Shown: positions 1 through 12,300 of the stretch, piece after piece | Layout: each line of letters begins with the position of its first letter | How positions within the stretch are numbered: position 1 is the first letter of the stretch | DNA from: Azolla caroliniana | Lineage: Eukaryota > Plantae > Polypodiophyta | DNA: 64,000 nucleotides | Assembly (NCBI GenBank): GCA_043228905.1 | Contig: JBHGNT010000010.1 | Span: 11,284,001-11,348,000, forward strand | Direction of reading: 5' to 3' | Translations under genes and position numbers: made by a program | The notes under the pieces: model-generated | Database searches by the model: none | Told to the model about the DNA's origin: nothing | The model's input: only the letters and a program-made list of their open reading frames with translations

Positions 1-447
1 GAAAGCAGGAATCGTGGTCGCCAAAACTGTGTTATTCTCTGACCGGACAAGGCCTAACACAAGGTGTCACGGAGACACTTCACCAAAGGGTGATTACGGC
101 ATAGGATTAATATTCAACGATACACCGACTTACGTAGGTTACACGATTAGAATGCTTTGGTTAATTACACGCGTAAGATATAACAGTAATTACAGAACGG
201 AAATCAAGACAGAAGTATAAACATCATAAGCTCTATTAATTATCCGCTGCGATTACAATGTAGTCCGGGCCTTTAAATAGGTTTCCGGCCCGTAGTACAA
301 AACGGTGCCTCTCGCACCTATTCGGGATCCGTCCGGATCTGGAACGGCATACCGTTTCCAGTCCGTCCGTCCACACTATGCCTATTTACAACCATACTTA
401 ATTAACTCCTTCACTCCGTATTTTGGACTCCTTGCCGGCCGGTAACA
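1..447 (-). mobile_element. Partial LTR inserted into a copia RT region
   Basis: Minus strand starts TGTTACC at 447 with a TATA-like CCTATTTAAAGG near 270-281. The copia frame RILRYVSG breaks off exactly at 448. The other end is outside the window. Confidence 0.6.
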
Positions 448-1892
448 CCACTCACATATCGCAATATTCGATGTGTGCACTAAAGGTGCTCGACAGTTGG
501 TGTTTGCATGAAATGACTTATCACGCCGACCAGATAGCTAAGATTGGGTTGAGTGATCGTTAAGTATATGAGGCTTTCAACAATTTTCCGAAACCAATTC
601 TCATCGTAGGCCGCTTCGAAGTCAGGATAAAGCTTCAGGTTTCTGTTAAGAGGAATGGAGCCGGCTTGACAATCCGTCATCCGGAACATGTACAACATAC
701 TCAAGACATAATGTCATTGAGTGATCAATATGCCGTTGGGGGTGTGGATCACTTCAATGCCAAGGAAGTAGTGAAGGTCCCCCAAGTCCTTCATCTCAAA
801 TGTGGCATACACGTGGGATTTTACTTGGTTAATTTGAACAAAGTCGGGGCCGGTCCTTTCAGACCTTTCCATCTTACGCAACCGGTGCGTGATTTTGGAG
901 TTCCAAGCTCGTAGGGCTTCTTTGAGACCATAAAGTGACTTCTTTAGCCGGCATACTACCGACTTGTTCAACTCTGACTGAAAACTAGGGGGTTGAACCA
1001 TAAATACCCGTTCTTCAAGGTCGCCTTGAAGGAACGCGTGCTTAACATCCATCTAGTGGAGATGCCACCCCCTTGCCACTGCTACCGCTAGCACCACACG
1101 GACTATCGTCATCTTCGCCACTGGTGCGAAGGTCTCGTCATAGTCAATGTCGTGGGTCTACGCATATCCCTTGGCGACTAATCAAGCCTTATAATGGTTG
1201 ACCGACCTGTTAGCATTGTACTTTACTTTGTACACCCATTTGCATCCGATTGGTTTGCAATGTGTGTGTGTGTGGGGGGGGGGGGGGGGGGGGGGGTCTA
1301 CCAAGTCCCATGTCTTGTTGGCATGAAGTGCCCACATTTCTTCCTTCATGGCCGATCGCCATTTGGCATCCTAGGATGCCTCCGCATAGCTCTCTGGCTT
1401 GCGAACTTCTGCCACCTTTGTCATGTATGCATAATGATGCAACATGTAGTCATTGTATCCATACCGGATTACCGGGTTCTTGTGGCTAGTCGATCGACGT
1501 AACTTCTCATTAGCCGATTTCAAGGCCCTCTTGGCTACATCTTACCTCAATTCTTGAGGTTCGTCTTCACTCTGGTTGGTGTCAGATTCTCCCTAATCCG
1601 ATGCACCTCTGTTTGTGCTGTACTCCGGCATCTTCATCTTCCCCTTCTCTTTGCGCGTATACTATCTCCTCGGTTCCTTGCACGAACGAGTCTTCACTGC
1701 TCGCCTGCTCTTTCTTTATTCGGTTGGTCATTCCAACTCAGCTCTCTATTTGGGCCACTCAGTCGGAATGAAATCAGGCTCTGTTCTAGAGTACCGATAT
1801 CTTCTTCTTCTTCTCCCCGAATCATCTCGGTCTCACTTGCCTCATCTTGAGTAATCGGAATGGAGTTGTCAGAAGTTGGCGACAGAAGAGAA
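448..1892 (-). mobile_element. Degenerate Ty1/copia RT and upstream linker (copia C, 3' part)
   Basis: ORFs 714-1052 (MDVKHAFLQGDLEE..CRLKKSLYGLK, FEMKDLGDLHYFLGIEV) and 480-704 (SLIYLTITQPNLSY), broken by stops and deletions. Confidence 0.9.
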
Positions 1893-3690
1893 TGTTGGGA
1901 AAACAGGTCCCTCCGAATGGGAAGAGTACGAGCTGAATCAAATAGAGAGTCGACAGGAAATTCGGGCAAGGCCAAAATCAGAAATCTATTATATAATCGA
2001 TTCGGGAGACTATATTTGTAAATAGTCTAAATGTGCCCCATGTGGCCTATATCTGTAAATAGTGCAAAAGTTGTATAAGTATAAATAAAACTAGGGCAAA
2101 CTTTATATGTGGTGTATCATTAGTATAGTTGAGATAGTTGTATAGTTATTCTCGAGGTCGTTCCCTCTGTAACTATGAGTGTGTGAGAGAGTGAGAGTAG
2201 TAACTCTGCCTCCGTCTGATAGATGAAGACGAGCTTGAGGTTGTTGCCTCTGACTTTCCCTATACTCCTCTCCGTACACATAGTGATTCGTTTCTTGGGA
2301 TTTGTGGACCCCCGTGGTTTTTCCCTTTCGGGTTTTCCACGTTAAAATACTTGTGTGTCTGTACCTTTTTCATTTTTTGTTCTAGGCATTGTCTTACTCG
2401 ATTCTTTGCATGTGAATATACATATGAGTAACCGGTTGTGGGCGGTTCCGATCCCTAGAAGTGGTATCAGAGCGATGGACGAACATTTCGGTGGAATCTT
2501 CAAGTTAACCAGCTCCAACCTATTTAGTGTGGAAGTTGAAGATGCGGGATATGCTCATGTGCAAAGACCTGTGGATGCCGGTGCAATATGGCAAGACGCC
2601 AGACAAGATCGATGCATCGACTTGGGAAGTCATGCATCTGAAGTCGGCTGCATATATAAGGTGTTTTATAGACATGAGTCTATACAACAACTTTGATGAA
2701 GAGACGAGTGCCGACGTCCTCTGGAAGAAGATTAGCATAATGTTAGAGAACAAGAAAACCGTGAATAGAGTTTGAGTTTTCAGAAAAACCATGAGACTCC
2801 GGTATCAAGACGGTACCAGCATGGTGGAGCATATTAATGCCTTCCAAGGACGGATGAATCAAACCACCTCTCTAGAAGTACCTCTTGCCGATGAGGTATT
2901 AACATTATTGTTGTTGGGAGATGCTCGTTGTCACATTGGGCAACGCAGGACCGGGAGGGAAGAATCTATCCCTAGAGCACATGAAGTTGAGCTTACTAAA
3001 TGAGGAAGCTCGCTAGAAGGACCGAAAGTCCATTTTAGACCCAAAGACCTTAGTCATAGAAAGTCACATGAATTGAAGAAGAAGTCGAAATCGAAGTCCC
3101 CAAAATCGAGATAAGTCGGGGACAAGGCCCACGTGCTTCTATTGAGGGAAGCCGGGGCACTTCCAAAAGAACTGCCGACACTTCCGAAAGGAAAAGGGGG
3201 GAGTTGACAGTGTGCAACCAAAGAAGATTTCGGACAACAAGAACATGTTGACGATCGTGACAATTGAGGAGGACTTGTTGCTCATCAGTGAGTAAAACGA
3301 AGTGAACCTTGTCGGCGATGAATGGACATGGGTGGTTGATTCAGGTGCATCATTCGACCGAACCCTCGATTGGAAATTCTTCTCATCTTATAGAGTCGGA
3401 GATCCTGGATCTGTAAATATGGGAAATGAATGAGCATGCCGAATTGTCGGCATAGGTGATGTGTGTTTGGTAACGTCAACCGGGTGCAAATTGGTATTGA
3501 GAGATGTTCGACACGTTCCGGAAGTAAGATTGAATATGATATCAGCCGATCAGCTGGATGATGAAGGTGACACGGCTAGCATCCGCAACGACATCATGAA
3601 ATTTTGCAAAGGGAACCTAATTGTGGCCTGAGCCTGGAAAATCAACACACTGTATTTTATGCATGTTTGATTATGCCAAAATGAGGTAAA
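1893..3690 (+). mobile_element. 3'-truncated Ty1/copia: 5' LTR 1893-~2458, Met PBS 2462-2473, decayed gag-protease
   Basis: LTR begins TGTTGGGAAAACAGGTCCCTCCGAATGG, like the LTRs at 17759 and 45461. PBS TGGTATCAGAGC is followed by ATG at 2475 (MDEHFGGIFKLTSSN) and a WVVDSGAS protease motif near 3330. No 3' LTR. Confidence 0.85.
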
Positions 3691-3694
3691 CGAG

Positions 3695-5201
3695 GTAAAC
3701 ATGCAAGACGTTCTTGAGGTAAGTTTGTTTGTCGTCGTTCCCGAATGGGACATTTCCGATATGTCGAATTGGGTGAGTTGTGTCATCTCCAATTTTGACG
3801 TAGCCGGGTCGATTAGGCTTTCTCAACTCTCGGAACCAAGCCTAGTAAAACTTCGACATATGCTTCTCTTCAAGTATTGCCCTGGCGGCTTCTTCGATCG
3901 TCCGATTCTTCCGCTCAGCTACGCTATTCTACTCCGGCGTATATCTACAGAATTTGTGTCGAATTCCCTCCTTCTGTAGATAACTCATGAACTGGTCAGA
4001 GAAGTACTCCTTCCCGCCATCGGACCGTAGGCACTAGAGCTTACGCCCTATTCCCTTTCTACAAGGTTTTTCACCTTCAAGAACCACGCGAAGACTTCGC
4101 TCTTTTTCGCGATCAAGTACGCCCAAGTATGCTAAGTGAAGTCATCGATGAAGGTTACGAATTGGCTTCCACTGAGACTCACGTTCTGTGTCGGTCCCCA
4201 CACATCCAAATGGATTAAGTCGAGCAGATTTCGACTCCGATTACACTCGTTTGGGAATGGAAGTCGGTGTTGCTTCCCAAGTTGGCAGGCTTCGCAGATT
4301 TGGCCATTTCGACCGCGAAATTTCAGCAAACCGAAAACAATATTCTTCGTCTGCATTTCACGAAGCCGTGGGAAGTTAACATGGCCGAACCGCTTGTGCC
4401 ACAGGTCGATATCCGATTCAACCTTCTGTCCTTTTGCAAACAGCGCGGTTCCGGCTTGGTTGGTGTCGAGGATGAACATCCTCCTTTCACGGCACCCTTG
4501 CGCAATAACTTTGCCTTCCTCTTCGATGTAGCACCCGAGGTGCGTGAATTGAACTTGCATCCCCTGGTTGACGATCTGACCGACCGACACCAAGTTCTTG
4601 GTTATTGTCAGGACGTGCAACACGTTCATGAGTTTCCCTTTCTGCCCGATGTGGGTGAGGGGAACTTCATGGACATGTTCGATGGTATGCGGAGTGTCAT
4701 CTCCCGTTTCAACCACTCCTTGCTTTTCCGGTTTCTCCAAGTACGAGAACCATTCCTCGTGACTCGTCATATGATTCGACGCTCTGGAATCAACATACCA
4801 CACCTCGCTCGATTTCGAGGTGTTCACGGCCATTGAATTGGCCTTATGCTTCATTACGAAGGCTGGGCCCAATCCATTACCGGCTCGTTCAGAGCCCTCG
4901 GCGTAGTGCGATTTATGACGCCTTCCCGCGTCGCTTCCGCTCGATCTGGCTTTGTCCGAATCGGCTCTCTTCTTCCAGGATTCGCTCTCCCTATGGCCTT
5001 TCTTGCCACAATACCAACATTCCGTCGCGACCGTCTCTTGCCGACTTCTGGCACCACTGTGACTCCCCCAGCTTCTGGAGGGTTCAAAATTGCTTCCGGC
5101 ATTTCGATTGTGTCGCACATTCTACTCTTTTCGACCGCCTCCATTACGCCCGATCCGCCTCGTCCGCCATGACCAGGGGGGCTATCTTGCTCCGTGTACA
5201 A
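3695..5201 (-). mobile_element. Ty1/copia zinc knuckle-protease-integrase segment (copia C, middle part)
   Basis: ORF 4132-5118 has CWYCGKKGH, WYVDSRASNHMT, LWHKRFGH..CEACQLGKQ and DVWGP..FIDDF. Segment 3695-3840 is a second protease-region fragment. Confidence 0.9.
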
Positions 5202-5657
5202 TGTTACCCGTTCCTTTGGTTGAACACCTGCGATAGATCTGCGTCTATCGGTCTTCAAGGGCGTGGTACGTGAAGGCTCGTAACAGAGGCGTCGAGAGAG
5301 ATACAGGGCTCAGAGAGAAAACACTAGCGAGGTCTTGATAGACGTGGCGGCGTAAAACTCATAGGTATGGATCAAAGCACAGACTCATGCAGTAAAAATA
5401 GGCACCGATTAGATATATTACTATGACAGAAAAGATTACAGAACACGGCCTATGGCCGGTGACCTTACGAGTTTATCTAATTACGAATGACTAAGCTAGT
5501 GCTTCCGCCTATAGTTTTCTTCTCTCCCCTTCTGAGGTACTGCTCCTCGTTTAAATAACCTTTCCCCTAATACACCGCCGAGCCGTCGATGGCCCATGAT
5601 ACTCAGACTCTGCGTTTGCTAATTTCCTAATTTTACATTTCTGTCCCCTGGACAACA
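5202..5657 (-). repeat. 3' LTR of the gypsy element
   Basis: Direct repeat of 14662-15117; TATA-like TTATTTAAA on the minus strand near 5550-5558. Confidence 0.95.
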
Positions 5658-5659
5658 CC

Positions 5660-5699
5660 TGGCACGCCCGTGGGACAGGACCTTGTCCGTTGGACCCAC
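5660..5699 (-). other. tRNA-Arg 3'-end mimic (inverted PBS) plus hairpin at the PPT position
   Basis: Element-sense GTCCCACGGGCGTGCCA lies 2 nt before the 3' LTR; GTGGG-N20-CCCAC stem; no purine tract present. Confidence 0.85.
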
Positions 5700-5755
5700 G
5701 ACTTACAAAATACTAACAATATTACAAAAATTGCCTTTTAGGCGTGATCCTCGTT

Positions 5756-8700
5756 TCATTCCTCCTTTAAGATGTCGAGGATGCTTTCGGGGTCCGGGGT
5801 GGTGGCAGGGTGGTCTGGTTGGACTGTCGGTGCGGGGGGTTGAGTTTGGTCTGGGGGTGGCATATCTTCTCGGGCGTCCGCCTCGGGTGCGGCCGATTCT
5901 TCTGGTGGGGGTGTGGGTTCGTGGGCGCTGACCTCTCCTTCGACAGGCTCTGGTACCGTGTGGGCGTCCATGGGATGTCTGTTGGCCAGGGCAAGTTCCT
6001 CCTGTGCCGTGTCCGTGATCTCCTTGCTGGGAGGTTCTTCTTTCTGCTCTGTGGCCGTTGGAGGGCTAGTGGGGATGGCTGCGAGTCGTTCTCGTTCGAA
6101 GGCTTCTGCTTCCAGGCGAAACAACATCTGACCATCATTGAAGTCCTCCATTATTTGCTCGATTGCCGCGGTGTGATATTTTGCCAAGGACTGGTAATCC
6201 TTGGTTAAATCTGCACGCAGGTTTTGTATGCTGGCTTCGTCCATTTTGTAGAAGCCGCGGCCCTCCTTCCGTCGGTTCTTGGCGTCGGCGCGTAAAATAT
6301 GCAATTCGGTAGCTTGGGCTGCCCATTCGTCTCCTGCGCGACTTAATGTCTCCTCGACCTTTTTGGTAAGGTGTTGGCGCTGTTTCTCGATCAGTATTCT
6401 GATGCGTGTCTCATCCATGTCGGGCTGTGCTCGGATGGCTGCTAATTCCTGTTTTAAGCCGTCGACCTCGGCCTGAATCTTCTGTGTTCTTAGCTCATAG
6501 ATGGCCTGAGTGTTCTTTGCATCCGCGGTTATGAGCTGGAGAGCCTGCTCGTAACGCTTGGTGAGTTCTTCGGTGGCCTGCTCCCGTTCTTTCTGACACG
6601 TGGCCCGGATTTGTTCCCGTTCGACGATTCTCTCCTCTTGTAGGGCGAAGTAGGAATCCGATAATGCGTCTTTTTGCTCCGAAAGTAGCTTGCATTTGAT
6701 GAAAAACTCGTCAGCCATCTCTTTAAGGGTCGTTCGCTGACTTTGCAGCTCGGCATTCTCCGCGTTCATCCTCTCCTCCCATTGGCGATTTCTTTCCTCC
6801 TGCCGTTGGTTCCAGTCTTTTGCATTGTCGAGCGCGGCCTGTAGGTCTAGAACCTCCTTCTCTTTCTTCACCACTGTGGTTGCGTATTCCTCCAGCTTGC
6901 TTTTGAGTTCGGCTTCCTTGCCCGCGGCTTGCGCTTGTACCCGGCCCAGTGCTTCATTCTGCTCGTGTATCCTTTGGTCGTCCTGGGCTCTTATCTCGGC
7001 CATCTACTTGGAAGCTTCTTCTTTTAGTCGAGCCATCGCCTCTTGATGTCGTTGTTCGTGTCTCTCGGTTCGCCGTTGTTCTTCTTTAAGCTCCGCACGG
7101 TAATCCCGGAGCGGGGGTTCTGTCTGGGTTGCCACCTCCTTGGGTGCACGAGGTGGTGGTATCTCGGTCTTCTCCATGGGCGTGGGCGCCTCAGTTGTTG
7201 TGCAGGCATCGACCATTTGTAACGAGTCCGTTTGTGTTCTGGCCTGCACCTTCAGGATTGAGTCGGTGATGGTGCTTGCATCCATCGTTGTTATGCGTGG
7301 AGGCGCTGGGAGGGCCTCGGTGGTCGTTACTGGAAGGCTCAAGAGTTGTTGTTCCGGCCGGTTTTGCTCCCAGGCTGCCAGCTTCTGGTTCGCAGCGTGC
7401 CATAGTTCTGTGGCCATCTTAGCCTATTTTTGGGCTATTTTTATCTTTCGGGCCATGTCTTTGGCTGCCCGTGTAGTGCGATCCAGGTCCCGATATGCCT
7501 CGATAAGGGCTGTGTTCAACTCGGGGACCTCCATGAGGAGAGCGGCCTATTTTGCCTGCTTCTTCCTCCCGATCTTTTGTAAAGCCCTGTCCTCATGGGG
7601 CTCAATTTCTCCTATTAGCGCGCGTTGAATCATTTTTGTTTCGGCGTGCTCCTCCGCCATTCGAGCGGCTGCCGCGACTTGGGCTCTGGCGAGGAAGTCG
7701 ACCAGCTCGAATGACGTACCGAGGCGTAGGAGTGCACTAAATTCGTAAGCCTCCGCGGGGAGGTCCTTATACTCGAGGACTTCATCCTCCGAGATCTGCG
7801 TGGTCTGCCCATGCTCGATCGTTCCCTGGTTCAGCGATGCCTCCTCAGGGGTGATGGCCAGGTTGCTCTATCTGACCACTAAGGCTTGCTCCTGTTGTGG
7901 CTCTTTCTGTTCTTCTGAGGACTCGCGGTTGAGTCGTCGTCTCTTGCTTGGTTGTGTTTGGGATTCCGGGGCCGGTACTGTCGTTTCCTCCGCCTGCTTC
8001 CTTTTCTGGGGTCATGGTGGTGCAGCCTGCTGTGTGTTGGGGCATGGGCCAGGTCCTGGGGACGTTACCAAGGGGCGCGACGTTGGCTGTAGAATGGTGA
8101 CGTCATCGGCCGTTTTGTCTTCCGCAGCTACCTCCTCCTCCCATTCTTGGTAGGTCTCGGAAACTACCCTTTTTTGTTGGGGTTGGGCGGGTGGTGGTGC
8201 AGATGCTGTTTTTTGGTCGGCGGTAGGGGGTGAAGGTGATTTGGCCTCCTCCCATGCTTCGTGGCTGATGGCCACGAATTTCTCTCTCTGCCTTCGTGGT
8301 GGTGGTGGTGACGTGAGTGTGCGAGGGGAAGGAAGCGAAGAGGGTGGGTATAGAACCATCAAAAAGTGGGTAAGAACAGACAACATCTTCTTACCAGATT
8401 GAAATGAAGCTAAGGCGGCGCGGAGTCCCTCGCCTGTGATGATTCCCCAATCGATTATGTTTCCTTCATACGCGTTGATGATGATGGTTGCCTTGTTCTG
8501 CGGCATGCTCGTTGGGTTCGTATGCACGAACGCATACTCCATTAATATACGAGCAATCTCCCCGAAAGCTTTGTTGGGACCGCCATATGTGCGATATGCC
8601 TTCCCTGAGGCTGAGTACTCACCGAAGTACGCCTTCATCTTTGATGCCGGGGGTATGTCGACCTCATGGTCCCCTCCCCGTTGCAGATCCAAAACAGCCC

Positions 8701-9033
8701 GGCGCGGGTTTCTGTTGAGGCGGTAAGAGGCATGGTGGAGATGGAGACGGGGTTCGACTGTGTGGAAGCGTGAAGCAAAGTGATGAGGCGAGGGCAAGCC
8801 ACAAGAGGAACAGCAGGAAGGGGAAGTCCAGCAGAGGGGTTATGAGAGCGAAAGAGGGCTTGAGAGCAAGAGCGCTTAGCGTGATGAGGGCGAGACGGGG
8901 TTTCTAAGCTTGAGAGCGATGGAGATGGGGAGCGATAATGGTCTGTGCTGCGTTTTGGAAACGGTTTTAGTAACTTACTCCTAGGGTTTTGTGCCTGAAG
9001 CGAATCCTGAAGATTCTGAGTCGTGGGTGCCAT
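5756..9033 (-). pseudogene. Extra (post-pol) ORF of the gypsy element; N-terminal IDWG-type domain, Pro-rich linker, long coiled coil
   Basis: Fragments 8635-9033, 8012-8797, 7004-7417 and 5756-7003, separated by frameshifts and TAG codons. The C-terminal half is E/K/Q/A-rich and heptad-like. Confidence 0.7.
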
Positions 9034-9329
9034 AATAAGTGACTAGCACCACGTGTCCTGAAGGTGAGTGGGGTGCTTCTAGTGCTTTGCATGTGCTTAA
9101 ATAGGTACTAACTGAGTGGTGGCGAGGGGTGCTCCTAAAATTGTGGGTGCCTAGGTGGGTGGTGTAGGTGTAGCTAATCAGTGGCTAAACTATGGTTAAT
9201 CCTACCTACTACTACTTTTATTAATTTCAAGAAGGTGGGTGAGTCCTTATTCAGGGGGACACATGGCGTCCTCCGTGGTGATCTCCCGAGTCTTGTTTGT
9301 GCCGTGTGGCTCGGTAAACAGGTTGGGTG

Positions 9330-12300
9330 GTGTAGTCCCTCGATATGGTCGAAGTCGAAAACCATTGGCCCAGCTTTTGACCGTGTCGCCGGCGAGTGTG
9401 CCGAGCTGGAACGTCTCGTTGAACTCGTCGATAATCCAGAATGGACCGATCCACCGAAATCTTAATTTTCACGGCATTGACCCGAGTCGTATTTGGAAAA
9501 GAAGAACTGGTTTGCCGATGGTGAGCTCCTTCTCCAGCCCATGTCGATGTCGATCCACGAAAGCCTTGCGTTGCCGTTGGCGTTGTTCGAGCTGGGCCAT
9601 ACTCTCTATCCTATCTTCCCCGAGTTCGAGGAGTTGTTCCAGCCGGTATTGCTCGGATTCGGCCTCGGGGAGCCGTGCTTTGACTTGAACTCGGAGGCTC
9701 GGGACTTGGAACTCGACGGGCATTACGGCTTCTAACCCGAACGCCATTCGAAAGGGGGTCGATTGGATGCTTGTTTTGAAAGTCGTACGATACGCCCACA
9801 GCGCGCTCTGGAGTTTGTCATCCCAATCGGTCCTGTTTTCATTGACGATCTTCTTTAGTATGGTTTGGAGGATTTTATTGGTCGATTCTGCCAAGCTGTT
9901 CGCCTGCGGGTAGTATGGTGTGCTTTTCTTGTGCACCACCGCGTAGTGGTGTGTAAGCTCATGTATTATATGATTGATGAAGTGCCCACCTTGGTCACTA
10001 ACGAGCTCGATTGGACATCCGTAACGGCACCAGAGGTGCTCATACACAAATTTAGCCGTGGATGCTGCCGTGTTATCTCGGAGTGCCTTAGCCTCGACCC
10101 ATTTGGTGCAGTAATCCGTGGCAACGATAATATACCTATTCCTTGTTCGGGCCACGGGTGGTTTGAAAGGGCCTACAAAATCCAAACCCCATTTTTGAAA
10201 TGGGTCCAACGAAAGAATCGGCTGGTGTGGCATCCGTGACTGTTCCATTGGTTGCCCCAGACGTTGGCACAAATCGCACTGCCGGCAAAACTCGTGAGCG
10301 TCTTTCTTCGTTGTCGGCCACCATAATCCACTTTGCCAAACTTTCCTTGCCGATGAATCCCCGGCGTAGTGTCCCCCAGCTACTCCTTGGTGGGCTTCCT
10401 GAAGAACGGCGTTCTTCTCGAATTGCCGAATCGCTCGGCGCCATATGCCGTCCGAGCCTTTGTGGTAGAGAATGTCCGAGACGAGGCAAAAATTCCGGCT
10501 ACGCACTGCTAGGCGTTTTCTCGTGTCAAGGGTCATGTGCTCGGGAGGTACACCGGTAGTGAGAAAATGGGTCATCTCCGTGATCCATTCATCTCCGTTA
10601 TCGTCTGGTACCGTGGTCAAGTTAAATAGGCTGGCGTCTGGTAGCTCGTCGTAAGTTGTTTTCGCCGGTTCTCCTGACTCAAGACGGCTCAAGTAGTCGG
10701 CGACGGCATGTTGTACCCCGGGTCGATGCTGAATCTGAAAATCAAATTCTTGTAGTAGGAGCATCCACCGAGCCAACTGTCCGGTGAGGGCTTGTTTATT
10801 GACCAAATAAAGAAGGGCCGAGTGATCCACGTGAAAGGTAAATTTTCGGCCCAAGAGGTAATGCCGAAATTTATTGATGCTATAAATCATACCGAGGGCC
10901 TCCCGCTCGGTGGTGGAGTAATTCTTTTCTGCGGTCGAGAGCCGTCGGCTGGCGTAGTACACGGGCCTATACCAATTCGGGGGTGTGCATTGCATCAGGG
11001 CACTTCCGATGGCGATGTCCGAAGCATCTATGAAGACATGAAACGATTCGGACCAAACCGGAGACTGGACCACCGGGGCATCTGACAGCATTCGTTTCAG
11101 GGTCTGATAGGCCGTGTCCTCGACTGACCTCCATTGGAAAGGAAGGCGATGGACTGCCGTGTGTAAGGGTGTCGTGAAATCGGCCAAGTGTCGTATCAGT
11201 CGGCTGTGCCACTGGATCTGTCCCAAAAAATGACTTAGTGCCTTAGCGTTCGAGGGTGCGGTGGCATTCAGGATTGCCTTTACTTTATCCGGGTCCATAG
11301 CGATGCCTTCTTGACTGGTTGCCGCTGGTGACTAAGAACACGCATTTCGCCGGGTTTAAACTCAATCGAGCGTGGCGACATCGGTCCAGGCAGAGTCATA
11401 ACTAGGTCATGTGTTCCCGTCGATGGCCATACACGGCGAAATCGTCGAGAAAGACTTGCATGAACGCCAGGATGTAGTCATGAAAGATTTCGGTGATGAT
11501 GCGCTGGAACGTAGCCGGCGCCGTTTTTAGACCGAACATCATAACTTCTGCTACAAAAACACCCCATTCCGTGATGAAAGCGGTTTTCTCCTGATCCTCT
11601 GGGTGCATTCTTATCTGGTTATAGCTGCTGAACCCGTCGAGAAAACTGTAGCATTCGTGGCCGGCTACCGTGTCGAGGACACTATCCGTGAATGGGAGAG
11701 GGAAACCGTCGGTGACTATTGCCGCGTTAAGTTTCCGATAGTCGACGCAGACGCAGATTTTTCCGTTCTTCTTTGGGACCACTACGATCGGGCTCAACCA
11801 TGTAGCCCGTTTAACAGGGCGAATGAAGCCCACTCGGAGTAGTTTGTCAATTTCCTCTTTGACTTTAGCGGCGTAGTTGGGGTTCATCTTGTAATGCCTC
11901 TACTGAACCGGCCGAGTGTCGGGTAAGATGTGAATTTGATGTTGGTAGTATTGAGGATCCAGCCCCTTCATATCGGTGTAAGACCAAGCGAAAACATCTT
12001 GGTAGTCGGTGAGTAATTTGACGAGGCATGCCTGTTCACCGGTTGGTAGATTATTGGCAATTTGTACCGTACGGGGATTCTCGTCCGAACCGAGGTTTAT
12101 TGTTTCCAGGGTTGATGCTTTCACTCGTTGTGAAATGGCGAGTTCGCGTTCGAAAGCCTCCCAAGCATGACGTAGCTCGGCAATTGTGGTTGCATCTGGT
12201 TCATCCTGGGGTGGTGACTCCTCCGTGACTTCCTCATCTTTAGATGGCTCGATGGTTGGTAAGGCATTGATTTCGAAGAGAGCGATGATCATGGGATGAT

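Noticed and set aside
5660-5746. A bona fide tRNA gene
   Set aside because: No A/B boxes, TTC loop or proper anticodon arm; only the 3' end and stems resemble a tRNA.
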